From a bacterium (GTDB lineage Bacteria > Elusimicrobiota > Elusimicrobia > UBA1565 > UBA9628): a stretch of DNA of 64,000 nucleotides. Of this stretch, positions 1 through 9,696 are shown piece after piece. Numbering within the stretch: position 1 is the stretch's first letter; each line of letters begins with the position of its first letter. The notes under the pieces were generated by a model, which was given only the letters and a program-made list of their open reading frames with translations, was not told the DNA's origin and searched no databases. The translations under genes were made by a program, and so were the position numbers. The DNA lies in the NCBI GenBank assembly GCA_021822495.1, contig JAKAQO010000003.1, forward strand, positions 83,227 to 147,226. Direction: 5' to 3'.

Positions 1-2381
1 CTACTCCCGACAATCGCTGGATAGAGGCGGGGCGGCTCCTTGAGACTTCAAGCCGGGACCTTGATTTTGGCGCCCGTCCCAACCCGCCGACCGGCGGCAT
101 CGCGGAACAGGCATTTAAAGAAATTCAAAAACTCAATCAAGAAGGGTTTAAAGTTCTCATTTACAGCCTCAATCAAGGCGAGAATTCCAGAATTCAAGAA
201 ATTTTGCCCGAATCAGCTAAGCAAACTTCTCAATTTCTCATCGGCGAAATTGGAAACGGCTTTCGTCATCCTAATTTAAAAATCGCTTTTTACAGCTCTT
301 CGGAAATCTTCAACCGGAAGTACCGCCGGACATTTTTTTCCCAGTCCGGCCCGGCGCCCAACCGCATTCGCTCCTCCGACCTTCAAAAAGGAGATTATGT
401 CGTCCACAATAGTTACGGAATCGCCCGCTACGGCGGCCTTCAAATGGTTCGTTCCCCGGGCTTTGGCCAGGTCGAATGCGCAAAATTATCTTTTGCCGGA
501 GATTCTGTTCTCTATCTTCCAATGAGCGAATTTTCAGTCATCCAAAAATATATTTCGGGTTCCGCCGGACGTCCCCGCCTCTCAAGCCTGGACCAAAGAC
601 GCTGGGAAGAAGTTAAAGAGCGCGTCCGGGAAGGCGTTCGAGAATTGGCCGAGAAACTTCTTAAAACCCAGGCCGAACGCGCGGCGTCTCCGGGCCATGC
701 CTTCCCCAAGGACAGCCCGCTTGAGCGCGAATTTGCCGCGGAATTTCCTTATCAAGAAACTCCCGATCAAGCGCGCGCGATAGAAGAAGTTTTAGAAGAC
801 ATGACTCGCCCGCATCCCATGGACCGCTTAGTTTTAGGAGACGTGGGATTTGGAAAAACGGAAGTGGCCATGCGCGCCGCTTTTAAATGCGCGATGGGAA
901 ACAAACAAACCTGCGTCCTTGTTCCAACCACCATCCTCGCCGAACAGCATTTTCGAAGTTTTTCTAAAAGGTTCGCCGATTATCCCGTGCATCTTGGGCT
1001 TTTGACCCGCTTTCAAACTAAATCCGAACAACAGGCGGTCATTGAAAAGCTGAAAAACGGGGCCATAGACATCATCCTTGGAACCTCAAGGCTTCTCCAA
1101 AAGGATATTCAATTTAAGGATTTGGGACTGGCCATTATTGACGAAGAACACCGCTTTGGAGTCGAGGATAAGGAAAAAATAAAGGGTTTTCGCGCGACCG
1201 TGGATGTTCTTTCTTTGTCGGCCACTCCCATTCCCCGCACCTTCGGCCAAGCGCTCTCGGGATTGAGATCGCTGTCTTTTATCCAAAGCGCGCCCGCGGG
1301 GCGTCTCCCTATTACGACAAGGATTTTGCCTTGGAGCGAAAATACAGTGGTTCAAGCCGTTGAAGAGGAAATCTCGCGTGGCGGACAAGCTTATTATGTT
1401 CACAATCGCGTCAGGACCCTCAAAGAAACCGCCGCGCGCCTCAAAGACTTAATGCCCCAAGTTCGATTTGTGATTGTTCACGGACAAATGAAGGGACCAG
1501 AAATCGAAAGCGCAATGTGGGACTTTTACAACAAAAAATTCGATGTTCTAGTGGCATCCACAATCATCGAGTCGGGTCTTGATATTCCTTCCGTCAATAC
1601 TCTCCTTGTGGAAGATGCTCATGAATTTGGTCTGGCTCAACTCTATCAACTGCGCGGAAGAATCGGACGCGAATCTAAAAAAGCCTTTTGTTATTTTCTC
1701 TACCCTGAAAACGCGGAATTTTCACTCATGCCGGAGGAAGCTCAAAAACGCATGGAAGCCCTTAAGGAGTTCGGCCATTTGGGCAGCGGCGCGCAGCTGG
1801 CGATGAGAGACATGGAAATCCGGGGAACCGGAGATCTCTTGGGGCGAAGGCAGCACGGGTTTGTTCGCGACGTCGGAATTTCTCTCTACAGCCAGCTTCT
1901 CACCGAAGAAATGTCGAACTTAAAAAACAAAAAACCAGACGCGCATTCGCATCGGGAAGAAATTTCGCTTGATATCCCGGTCTCGGCCTTTATTCCCCAG
2001 GATTATTTTCCCGAGGAACGTCAGCGCCTTGATCTTTACCGCCGCTTAAGCGGCGCGAGAAAAGAAGACTTGGAAAGTCTACAAAAAGAGATGGAGGATT
2101 TAGCCGGCCCCCCGCCCAAGCCGGTCAAACAGCTCTTTGAACTCATCAAAATAAAAATATCGGCCCAGGAACACGGGATTATAAAAATCTCCCAGCAAAA
2201 AAATGATTTGGAAATCATTTTCGGTTCTTCGGCCAAGATTTCTCCGAAACAAATTACAAGCTGGACTCAAAGATACGCGCCCAGCCTGCGTTTTACCCAC
2301 TCAAAACAGGGGGACGGCCTTATTGTTTCTCTCAGTTCTCAAAGCGCCCTTGAATGGCTGAGCAAATTCCTGGAAAAATGA
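1..2381 (+). CDS. mfd: Transcription-repair coupling factor, 5'-truncated by window edge
   Basis: Frame is open from position 3, so the real start is upstream of the window. CarD-like GDYVVHNSYGIARY, GDVGFGKT, DEEH, SATPIPRT, QLRGRIGR, C-terminal TRCF domain. Confidence 0.97.
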   Translation, partial: TPDNRWIEAGRLLETSSRDLDFGARPNPPTGGIAEQAFKEIQKLNQEGFKVLIYSLNQGENSRIQEILPESAKQTSQFLIGEIGNGFRHPNLKIAFYSSSEIFNRKYRRTFFSQSGPAPNRIRSSDLQKGDYVVHNSYGIARYGGLQMVRSPGFGQVECAKLSFAGDSVLYLPMSEFSVIQKYISGSAGRPRLSSLDQRRWEEVKERVREGVRELAEKLLKTQAERAASPGHAFPKDSPLEREFAAEFPYQETPDQARAIEEVLEDMTRPHPMDRLVLGDVGFGKTEVAMRAAFKCAMGNKQTCVLVPTTILAEQHFRSFSKRFADYPVHLGLLTRFQTKSEQQAVIEKLKNGAIDIILGTSRLLQKDIQFKDLGLAIIDEEHRFGVEDKEKIKGFRATVDVLSLSATPIPRTFGQALSGLRSLSFIQSAPAGRLPITTRILPWSENTVVQAVEEEISRGGQAYYVHNRVRTLKETAARLKDLMPQVRFVIVHGQMKGPEIESAMWDFYNKKFDVLVASTIIESGLDIPSVNTLLVEDAHEFGLAQLYQLRGRIGRESKKAFCYFLYPENAEFSLMPEEAQKRMEALKEFGHLGSGAQLAMRDMEIRGTGDLLGRRQHGFVRDVGISLYSQLLTEEMSNLKNKKPDAHSHREEISLDIPVSAFIPQDYFPEERQRLDLYRRLSGARKEDLESLQKEMEDLAGPPPKPVKQLFELIKIKISAQEHGIIKISQQKNDLEIIFGSSAKISPKQITSWTQRYAPSLRFTHSKQGDGLIVSLSSQSALEWLSKFLEK

Positions 2382-2395
2382 TAGGATAGGCATTA

Positions 2396-3214
2396 ATGAT
2401 GCGAAGAATTTTCTTCTTTAGTCTCGCCGTTTTTTCTCTTTCCGCTTGTGAAAAGAAAGAAGCCGTAATAGCCAAGGTAGGGCCGCTCCACATTACTCAA
2501 GCAGATTTTCAGAAGGCTCTCAGCGACGTTGCCCCCGGATATCAGAATTATGTGATGACCCCCAACGGACGAAGGCAATTTTTGGATATTATCATCCGCG
2601 ACAAACTGGAACTTGCCGCCGCTCAAGCCTCTAAAGTCTCTCAATCTCCCTCTTACCTTCAAGAAGCCGCCCAGATAAGACAAGAAGAAAAAATCCGGCT
2701 TCACGAAGCCTTAAAATATCTTTTAATTGAGGACTGGGAAAAAAGTTTGCAGAAAAGAAAAATGACTTCGGTCAGCGAGGACGAAGCGAGAGCCTACTGG
2801 AAACGCCACCCCTATGAGGTCTCATTCAGCCAAATTCTGGTTTCATCTCCCAAAGAAGCGGAAACCCTTCTTAAGCGAGTGCGCGGGGGCGCCAATTTCG
2901 CGCGGTTAGCCCGGAAATACTCCCTCGACAGCGAGTCAGCCATAAAAGGCGGGAAAATGCCTTCCGCCCTTTATGGAGAAATTATCCCCGAACTTCAAGA
3001 CCTTATCTTCCAGATGAGGGTTGGCGAACTCAGCGGCCCCATTAAAACTAAATTTGGATATCACGTCATTCGAAAAGATTCTCAGCGCAAGGTTTCTTTC
3101 GAAAAAGATAAGGGCCGTTTTATCCAAATCCTTGAAAAGCGCAAACTAGACAACTACCTGCAATCCCTTCAAAAAAAATTCCCCGTGGAGATTATCGATG
3201 AACAATTCAAATAA
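2396..3214 (+). CDS. PrsA/PpiC-type peptidyl-prolyl isomerase lipoprotein
   Basis: Lipobox LSAC; parvulin motifs FARLARKYSLD and PIKTKFGYHVI. Confidence 0.9.
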   Translation: MMRRIFFFSLAVFSLSACEKKEAVIAKVGPLHITQADFQKALSDVAPGYQNYVMTPNGRRQFLDIIIRDKLELAAAQASKVSQSPSYLQEAAQIRQEEKIRLHEALKYLLIEDWEKSLQKRKMTSVSEDEARAYWKRHPYEVSFSQILVSSPKEAETLLKRVRGGANFARLARKYSLDSESAIKGGKMPSALYGEIIPELQDLIFQMRVGELSGPIKTKFGYHVIRKDSQRKVSFEKDKGRFIQILEKRKLDNYLQSLQKKFPVEIIDEQFK

Positions 3215-4319
3215 ACGAATTTGGACCGCCGTTTTGGGATTTATGACCGCGTTAGTCTTAATAAAACCGGCATTAGCCGCACGGGTTGACGACGTCATCG
3301 CGACCGTTAACAACGCGCCCATCTTTCTATCCCGCTACCGAAAAGAACTCGCCGCGACCCTCAACGACATGGCGCAGACCAACCCCATGGCCATGAGAGA
3401 CCCTGCCTTCATCCAGCAAATCAAAAATAAAGTTCTTGATGATTTAATTGACCAACAACTTCTATACCAAGCTGGAAAAGATTTGAAAATTAAAATCCAC
3501 CAAGATGATATTGACAAAGCCATGGCGGAGATAAAATCTCGCTTCAACACCGATGCGAATGGAAATCCCCTGACGCCTCTGCAAGCTCAAGCCGCCTTCG
3601 ATAAACAGCTGAAAGCCATGGGGCTCACCTATCAACAATACCGCAACCGGCTGAAAAAACAAGTCATGGCCAAAAAAGTTTTAGATCGGGAGGTTAAAGC
3701 CAAAATCGAACAGCCCTCGACCCCCGAAATTCAAACCTACTTTGACAAAGTCGTTCTTTTTGTCAATTCCGGAAGCACCGAGCCGCCTGTCGGGATGTCA
3801 CCTTATGCCGCGCAAGATTTCATGATGGCCGCCGATCGAGTCAAATCTTCGACCTCTGAAAGAGTGCAACTGGCCCGGATTTTAATTCGCGTTCATCCTA
3901 ACGATCCCCAAGCAGAGAAAACACGCGCTCTCAGAGACGCCAATCAATATAAGGCCATGCTCATGACCGGGACATCCACTTTCTCTGAAATCGCCAAGGT
4001 TTATTCCGAGGACCCCAACAGCGCCTCCCATGGAGGAGACATCGGCTTTATCCCTAAAGGCGCCTTGCCGCCGGCTTTAGACAAAGCCGTTTTTTCTCTT
4101 GAAGTCGGACAAATCAGCGATCCGCTTCTTAATGATGAAGGTTATAACATCGTCCGCGTCAAATCTCACCAAGCCGCCGAAAAGCCGGAGTTCGACAAAT
4201 TAAAAAGCTACCTCAAAGAAATTTTAATGGACGTGGAAAGCCACAAGCTCATGGACCAATACATCAAATCCCTGAGGGAAAAGGCCGTCATCGTCAAGCA
4301 CAAGTCGCTGTTAAAGTAG
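3198..4319 (+). CDS. SurA-like periplasmic foldase (SurA N-domain plus parvulin)
   Basis: Signal peptide; VDDVIATVNNAPI; FSEIAKVYSED...GGDIGF; GYNIVRV. Confidence 0.88.
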   Translation: MNNSNKRIWTAVLGFMTALVLIKPALAARVDDVIATVNNAPIFLSRYRKELAATLNDMAQTNPMAMRDPAFIQQIKNKVLDDLIDQQLLYQAGKDLKIKIHQDDIDKAMAEIKSRFNTDANGNPLTPLQAQAAFDKQLKAMGLTYQQYRNRLKKQVMAKKVLDREVKAKIEQPSTPEIQTYFDKVVLFVNSGSTEPPVGMSPYAAQDFMMAADRVKSSTSERVQLARILIRVHPNDPQAEKTRALRDANQYKAMLMTGTSTFSEIAKVYSEDPNSASHGGDIGFIPKGALPPALDKAVFSLEVGQISDPLLNDEGYNIVRVKSHQAAEKPEFDKLKSYLKEILMDVESHKLMDQYIKSLREKAVIVKHKSLLK

Positions 4320-4341
4320 TTCCAACAGTTGGTCCACCCAG

Positions 4342-4364
4342 GAGTTAGGGACAGTCCCCAACTC
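4342..4364. repeat. 23-bp imperfect palindrome between convergent genes (terminator or REP-like)
   Basis: GAGTTAGGGAC-A-GTCCCCAACTC, one mismatch; no U-tract. Confidence 0.55.
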
Positions 4365-4780
4365 TACGGCGAACGGGCAAGTAGCCGGTCCTGCTCTTTA
4401 AACATTTTCTTTTTAAGGGCGGGCTTGTCGTCGCGATAACCTCGAAGGTGTAAAACTCCATGAATGATTAGGGTGAGAATCTCTTTAAGAAGTGAATGGC
4501 CGATTTCGGCGGCCTGTCGCTTAGCTTGAGAAACCGAGACAAAAACATCCCCGAAAGCTGGCTTCTCATCATAGGGAAAAGAAATAACATCCGTGTCATA
4601 GTCGTGATTTATAAATTTTTTATTGAGAGCGCGCATCTCTTTGGAATTCATGAAAATGACGTTGAGGCTTCCGTCTTTTTTTGCGTCTCGGCCCAAGGCC
4701 AACTTCGCGGCCCGGCGAAATTTCGTGATCTTTCGGGCGGAAACAGGAACCAAGGAAGTTTTAAATACGGAAATTTTCAC
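4364..4780 (-). CDS. ybeY: rRNA maturation RNase YbeY
   Basis: TDVISF, GDVFVS, HGVLHLRGY; downstream of phoH. Confidence 0.93.
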   Translation of the reverse strand: MKISVFKTSLVPVSARKITKFRRAAKLALGRDAKKDGSLNVIFMNSKEMRALNKKFINHDYDTDVISFPYDEKPAFGDVFVSVSQAKRQAAEIGHSLLKEILTLIIHGVLHLRGYRDDKPALKKKMFKEQDRLLARSP

Positions 4781-4783
4781 GCC

Positions 4784-5740
4784 TTACCCGCGCCGCTTTT
4801 CCCACTTCTCATAAGCCCTAAGAATATTTTTTATGAGCGGATGGCGAATGACGTCTTCCTGGGTGAAATGATGAAAGACAATGCCCTCGACATTTCTGAG
4901 GATTTCGGAAATTTGGACCAACCCCGAGGCCTTAATCGAGGTCAAATCGGTCTGGGTCACGTCCCCAGTCACAACCGCCTTGGACCCGCGCCCCATGCGC
5001 GTCAAAAACATTTTCATTTGTTCCGGGGTCGTATTTTGGGCTTCGTCCAAAATAATAAAGGCATTCTCAAAGGTGCGGCCGCGCATATAAGCCAAGGGAA
5101 CAATCTCCAAGACTTCCGATTCCCGCCACATTCTAAAGCGCTCCGGGCCCAACAGCGAATAAAAAGAATCGTAAATCGGCCGCAAATAAGGATCCACTTT
5201 TTCTAAGAGGTCCCCCGGCAAAAACCCCAGTTTTTCTCCGGCTTCAACCACAGGGCGAGTTACAATTACGCGCTGAGTTTGCCGTAAATCCAAGGCCTTC
5301 AAGGCGCAGGCGACAGCCAGAAAAGTTTTTCCAGTTCCCGCCGGACCGATTCCAAAAACTAAATCGTTTTTTTCAATCGCTTCGATATAGCGGCCCTGAT
5401 TCGGCGTCCTTGGGGAGATCATTTTTCCAAAAGAGGTTCGGTAAGCCTCTTGTTCGCCCATTTCCTCGGGAATATGTTCGCGGGAAAAGCCTCCGGTGAA
5501 ACTGCCACCTTCCGTTTCTCCGCGCAAATCGCTCAGTTTTTGTCTAATTTTTTTCATGGCCCGTTCTACCCGCGTCGAATTTCCTTTAACCCAAAGAACC
5601 AACTCTTCGGAATCTGAATCCTGGCGCAAAAAAAGCTGAACCCCGTAATGACTCTGCATTTCGCGCAAAGCGGAGTCGGCTTCGCCTAAAAGCCCGACCG
5701 CTTCCTCCGTTGAGCGTATCTGAATTTTCTTTTTAATCAT
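4784..5740 (-). CDS. phoH: PhoH family ATPase
   Basis: GPAGTGKTFLA, RPVVEAGEKLGFLPGD, YMRGRT, DEAQN. Confidence 0.95.
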   Translation of the reverse strand: MIKKKIQIRSTEEAVGLLGEADSALREMQSHYGVQLFLRQDSDSEELVLWVKGNSTRVERAMKKIRQKLSDLRGETEGGSFTGGFSREHIPEEMGEQEAYRTSFGKMISPRTPNQGRYIEAIEKNDLVFGIGPAGTGKTFLAVACALKALDLRQTQRVIVTRPVVEAGEKLGFLPGDLLEKVDPYLRPIYDSFYSLLGPERFRMWRESEVLEIVPLAYMRGRTFENAFIILDEAQNTTPEQMKMFLTRMGRGSKAVVTGDVTQTDLTSIKASGLVQISEILRNVEGIVFHHFTQEDVIRHPLIKNILRAYEKWEKRRG

Positions 5741-5751
5741 TAAACGCGCGC

Positions 5752-6993
5752 CTAAATTCGTCCTGGCGTTTTGCCTCGGGAAATGACAACGATGCCCGAC
5801 GAATCGACAAAATAACTTCGCACGTCCATTTCGCGGTCATGCCCAATCACGGTCTGCGGGGTAATGGTATTAAACCGGTCTACGATCACCCGTTTAAGAT
5901 GAGCGCCGCGCCCTATGCGGCAAAAATCCATAATAATAGAATCCTCGATAATCGCGCCTTCTTCGATTTCAACTCCGCGCCCTAAAATAGAATTGGTAAT
6001 GCTTGATTTTTCAATCAAGGAACCGTCTCCAATAACGGAGTTAATCAATCGTCCATCTAAAATTCGCGCGGGTGGCCCGTCATGACGCTCTGAATGGATG
6101 GGCCAGCGATGATTATTTAAATCAAAATGCGGGCGTTCTCCCAAAATATCCATGTGCGACTGATAGAAACTTTCAATCGTTCCCACATCGCGCCAATACG
6201 CTTTTTCCTCGTGGGATTTGAGCCCGGGAAGAATATTGAGAGCAAAATCATACGCATAGGTCCGCATTTTTTTATGAATGACGGGTAAAATGGACTTTCC
6301 GAAGTCAAATTCTGCCCCGGCGCCAAGAGTTTTATCGGAAAGAACCGAGATAAGAGCCTCCGTTGAAAATAAGTAGTTACCCATCGAGGCGTAAGCCCGT
6401 GAGGCGTCTGTCGGCATTGGCTTTGCGATTTTGGGCTTCTCGACAAAAGACAGAATTTTTCCTTCTCCATCGGCTTCAATAATGCCAAACCCCTGAGCCC
6501 GATCGAGCGGAACGGGAATTGCCGAAACGGTAATGTCGGCTTCTCTTTTTAGATGAAAATGAATCATCTGGCCGATGTCCATCCGGTAAATATGGTCCGA
6601 GCCAAACACCGCGACGATATCCGGATCGAAATCGTAAATTAAATTAAGATTCTGGCGAACGGCGTCTGCTGTCCCTTGATACCAGTTCTGGCCCAAACGC
6701 ATCTGCGGCGGGACCAAGGCGATGAATTGATCGCGCGTAAGCCCGACCGTGCGCCAACTTGAACGCAAGTATTCAATCAGGCTTTGAGACATATATTGAA
6801 CCAAAACGTAAATAGACTGCACTCCAGAGTTAATGCAGTTAGACAATACAAAATCGACAATACGGTGCTTGCCTCCAAAGGGAACCGACGGCTTTGGGCG
6901 GCTGACGGTGAGAGGGTAAAGCCTTTCCCCGCGCCCGCCGGCTAAAATCAAGGCTAAAACGCGCTTAGTCGGTTCAATTGCCATAGTCTTCAT
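5752..6993 (-). CDS. glgC: Glucose-1-phosphate adenylyltransferase
   Basis: ILAGGRGERLYPLT..RPKPSVPFGG, WYQGTADAV, DHIYRMD, FVEKP, ASMGNY, YWRDVGT. Confidence 0.96.
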   Translation of the reverse strand: MKTMAIEPTKRVLALILAGGRGERLYPLTVSRPKPSVPFGGKHRIVDFVLSNCINSGVQSIYVLVQYMSQSLIEYLRSSWRTVGLTRDQFIALVPPQMRLGQNWYQGTADAVRQNLNLIYDFDPDIVAVFGSDHIYRMDIGQMIHFHLKREADITVSAIPVPLDRAQGFGIIEADGEGKILSFVEKPKIAKPMPTDASRAYASMGNYLFSTEALISVLSDKTLGAGAEFDFGKSILPVIHKKMRTYAYDFALNILPGLKSHEEKAYWRDVGTIESFYQSHMDILGERPHFDLNNHRWPIHSERHDGPPARILDGRLINSVIGDGSLIEKSSITNSILGRGVEIEEGAIIEDSIIMDFCRIGRGAHLKRVIVDRFNTITPQTVIGHDREMDVRSYFVDSSGIVVISRGKTPGRI

Positions 6994-8002
6994 CCGACGA
7001 ACCGGATTGTCTCTGTTGATTGCGGGAAGGCAAGGGTTTTACCGCTTTAAGTTTTTGCCAAAAAGAAGGACCAGCGGACTTTTTTGGAGTCGCGGTTCGG
7101 GTTTTAGGCTGAGGGAAAGAAGGAGTTTTGGAAGCCGCCGGAAGATTTGAAACTTTCGGCAATAAGGATAATGCGTGTTTGGGATCGTATCGAAAAGCCT
7201 TGTTGATTTGAGCGTCGCTTAAGACCAAAACAGGACTGTGCTCTGACAAGGCTTCTGAGGCTTTGATTTCGGTCAAGTCCTTTGTCGTAATCCCGGGAAC
7301 GACCTCCATCGGCAAGAAAACCTTTCCCTGGTAGGTAATAAGAGAGGATGTCGGAACCGCGAGGATGTTGTTAGCCAAAGTTATCCGTCCTGCCCACTGA
7401 AGCTGTCGGGGATAGCGTCGAACGGGGATAAAGCTCATAAACATCCCAGCTGGCGGGGTTGTCGTTTCGTCTAATGAATAATTCTGGACATCAGTTTTCT
7501 TTTTTTTCAGTATGGAGGAAACCGGCCCAAAAAACAAGTCCTGTCCATTGCGAACATAACGCGCATATGTAGCAGGAACTTTCCCAACCAAGGCAATTTT
7601 ATAGGCGACCTTAAACAATAGATCCTGAGTCTTAATGCGCTCTCCTTCCGAAACAAAACGGCGCAAGATGAAACAGTCTTGCGAACAGGCAACCTTTATT
7701 AGAGAAAATTGAGACTTCCATTGATCAAGCACGGCCTGTTTGGGAGTCATCCCCTTATACTTTAAAAGAGCCGCTGTTTGCGTATCCGCCAAATACGCCA
7801 AGGGCTGTCCGGCTTTAACCCAGGTTTGTTCTTGGGCGCTGACAGCCTCGACTTTTCCGTCAAATGGAGCCTTCACTCGTTCTTGATTCTTAAAGACGAT
7901 CAAGCCTCGAACAGGGATGGAAATGTCCGATATTCGAGCGACAGCGACGCTCTGGGCGAAAAGCGAGGAAGAAAAAAATGCCAAACCAATCAGCCAAGTC
8001 AT
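6974..8002 (-). CDS. Exported HlyD/biotin-lipoyl-like adaptor-fold protein, function unknown
   Basis: Start moved to ATG 8002 (ATGA overlap with thyX stop), which gives a signal peptide; VKAPFDGKVEAV...WVKAGQPLA lipoyl-like motif; Pro/Lys-rich tail. Confidence 0.55.
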   Translation of the reverse strand: MTWLIGLAFFSSSLFAQSVAVARISDISIPVRGLIVFKNQERVKAPFDGKVEAVSAQEQTWVKAGQPLAYLADTQTAALLKYKGMTPKQAVLDQWKSQFSLIKVACSQDCFILRRFVSEGERIKTQDLLFKVAYKIALVGKVPATYARYVRNGQDLFFGPVSSILKKKKTDVQNYSLDETTTPPAGMFMSFIPVRRYPRQLQWAGRITLANNILAVPTSSLITYQGKVFLPMEVVPGITTKDLTEIKASEALSEHSPVLVLSDAQINKAFRYDPKHALSLLPKVSNLPAASKTPSFPQPKTRTATPKKSAGPSFWQKLKAVKPLPSRNQQRQSGSSDEDYGN

Positions 8003-8733
8003 GCTTTCAAAACCGGCTCCCCATTCAACTCTTTTTTTCGGGCGTCTAAAACGGGGTTGGCGCCTTTCCAAACATGGCCCAAGAATGCCGCGAATGTCCA
8101 GGGCATCTTGCCTTCAAAAAAAGCGGCCACCGCCTCCGCGTATTTTTGAATTTCCCACTGCGCGTGGGCGTCCGCCCTGAGCGCGATAAAATTCATCAAG
8201 CTCCTAGCGTTGATTGTCCAATAAAACTGGGTGTAGCCGTTAAGAGGAAGAATCATCCTCGCCATTTCACGGGCCGCGCCCAATTTCAAAAGCTTCTGGT
8301 AAGCGTCGTAAGAAGCGCGAACCTGCTCGTCAATCAATCGGGTTAATTCTTCATGCGGAACGTTCGCGGCAACCGAGCCTTGTTTATTTTTCACGTCCTG
8401 CCCGCGCCAAACTTTCGGGATGTAAAATTCATCCTTGACTTCGGTGTAACGCCCGGAGATTTCGTTATAAGAAGCCATCCGGTGCCGAATCCATTGCCGC
8501 ATGACAAAAATCGGACAGGAAACGTGAAACTTAAACACGGACTGTTCAAAGGGCGTCATGTGGTCATTTTTGAGAAGATAGTTGATAAGCTTGCGATCTG
8601 CTTGCTCTCCCTTTGAATCGGAAGCATAAGATACCCGCGCCGATTGAACCACGGCAATATCCCCACCCATAAAGTCAACCAAGCGCACAAAACCTCGATC
8701 TAAAACCGGCGTTCCTCCGTCAGGAATACTCAT
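7999..8733 (-). CDS. thyX: FAD-dependent thymidylate synthase
   Basis: RHRMASYNEISGRY motif, HMTPFE, AQWEI. Confidence 0.96.
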   Translation of the reverse strand: MSIPDGGTPVLDRGFVRLVDFMGGDIAVVQSARVSYASDSKGEQADRKLINYLLKNDHMTPFEQSVFKFHVSCPIFVMRQWIRHRMASYNEISGRYTEVKDEFYIPKVWRGQDVKNKQGSVAANVPHEELTRLIDEQVRASYDAYQKLLKLGAAREMARMILPLNGYTQFYWTINARSLMNFIALRADAHAQWEIQKYAEAVAAFFEGKMPWTFAAFLGHVWKGANPVLDARKKELNGEPVLKA

Positions 8734-8742
8734 TGCGCCCCC

Positions 8743-9696
8743 CTATCGAATTTTTGGAAAGTTCATAAAACCGGAACTTCCCTTTTCCTTATATTTACGC
8801 ATATCGCCCATCTTCGCCCCCTTCTCCGCGGATTTTAAGACCCACGGAACAATCAATGAATTGGGCAAAAGCGTCTTCCCATTATAGCCAACTAAAAGGT
8901 CCGAAAGAATCCGGTGAAGCCTCTGCGTCAAAAGATCATCGGCGAGCTCCGTCGAAAGGATAAAGACAGGGCCGTTGAGCCTGAGTTTGCGAATATCATC
9001 TTTAAACGCTTCTTCTGATTTTTCGGTTTCATCCTGGCTATTTCCTTCGTTAATTAAAAACGCTTGGGCCGATTTAAAACCCGCCCGTTTTTGGATTTGG
9101 CCAGCGAGGAGGCTGAGCCGTTCCTTCCAATCTTTCGCTTCTTGCGGCGGGTTCGGAGACTCCGAGACAAGAACCAAATTCTCTTTTTTTCGGTCAATCC
9201 TCAAGGAAAGCGCTCGGTTCAAAAGAATCTTTTTTAAAACGGGAGAAAAATCCAAGGTCGGCATCAAGACGACGGGAGTATGGATATCAAGGCGTTTTTG
9301 AGGAGGCCCCGCTAAATCCTGGCCCGTCTTAAAAAGACTTTGGGAAGGATTTTTTCCAATTCCCAGCAAATATCGAACCTCCTTCATGACATTGGCTGAA
9401 GAAGAATAAAAAAGAGGAACCACGATAATTTTTTTAACCCGCCGGGCTTCAAGCGCCTTAATTCCGCGCTGCATATCATCAGTGTCCGCTAAACCATAAG
9501 CGAAAGCGACCGGGAAACGCGCCGTCAAAGCGGTTGAAATCTGGCGCGTAGTTTCAGCCCACTGCGGGGCATCTCCCTCTTCTAAAACTAACACCCCAAA
9601 GGCAGGCTCTCCAAAACTTGGGGGCGGAAGCGGCGGAATGGCGGCCTGAAGGTTGAGGCCGAAAGCGCCAAATAAAATTAAAAACTGAAAGCCCAT
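8743..9696 (-). CDS. Exported CbiX/class II chelatase-fold protein lacking the usual His residues
   Basis: Signal peptide from ATG 9696; GVLVLEEG, VAFAYG, IIVVPLFYSS, LVLVSES resemble the duplicated CbiX fold. Confidence 0.6.
   Translation of the reverse strand: MGFQFLILFGAFGLNLQAAIPPLPPPSFGEPAFGVLVLEEGDAPQWAETTRQISTALTARFPVAFAYGLADTDDMQRGIKALEARRVKKIIVVPLFYSSSANVMKEVRYLLGIGKNPSQSLFKTGQDLAGPPQKRLDIHTPVVLMPTLDFSPVLKKILLNRALSLRIDRKKENLVLVSESPNPPQEAKDWKERLSLLAGQIQKRAGFKSAQAFLINEGNSQDETEKSEEAFKDDIRKLRLNGPVFILSTELADDLLTQRLHRILSDLLVGYNGKTLLPNSLIVPWVLKSAEKGAKMGDMRKYKEKGSSGFMNFPKIR

Noticed and set aside
40..279. 79-aa ORF suggesting an mfd frameshift
   Set aside because: The mfd frame is open from position 3; the gene is only cut by the window edge.
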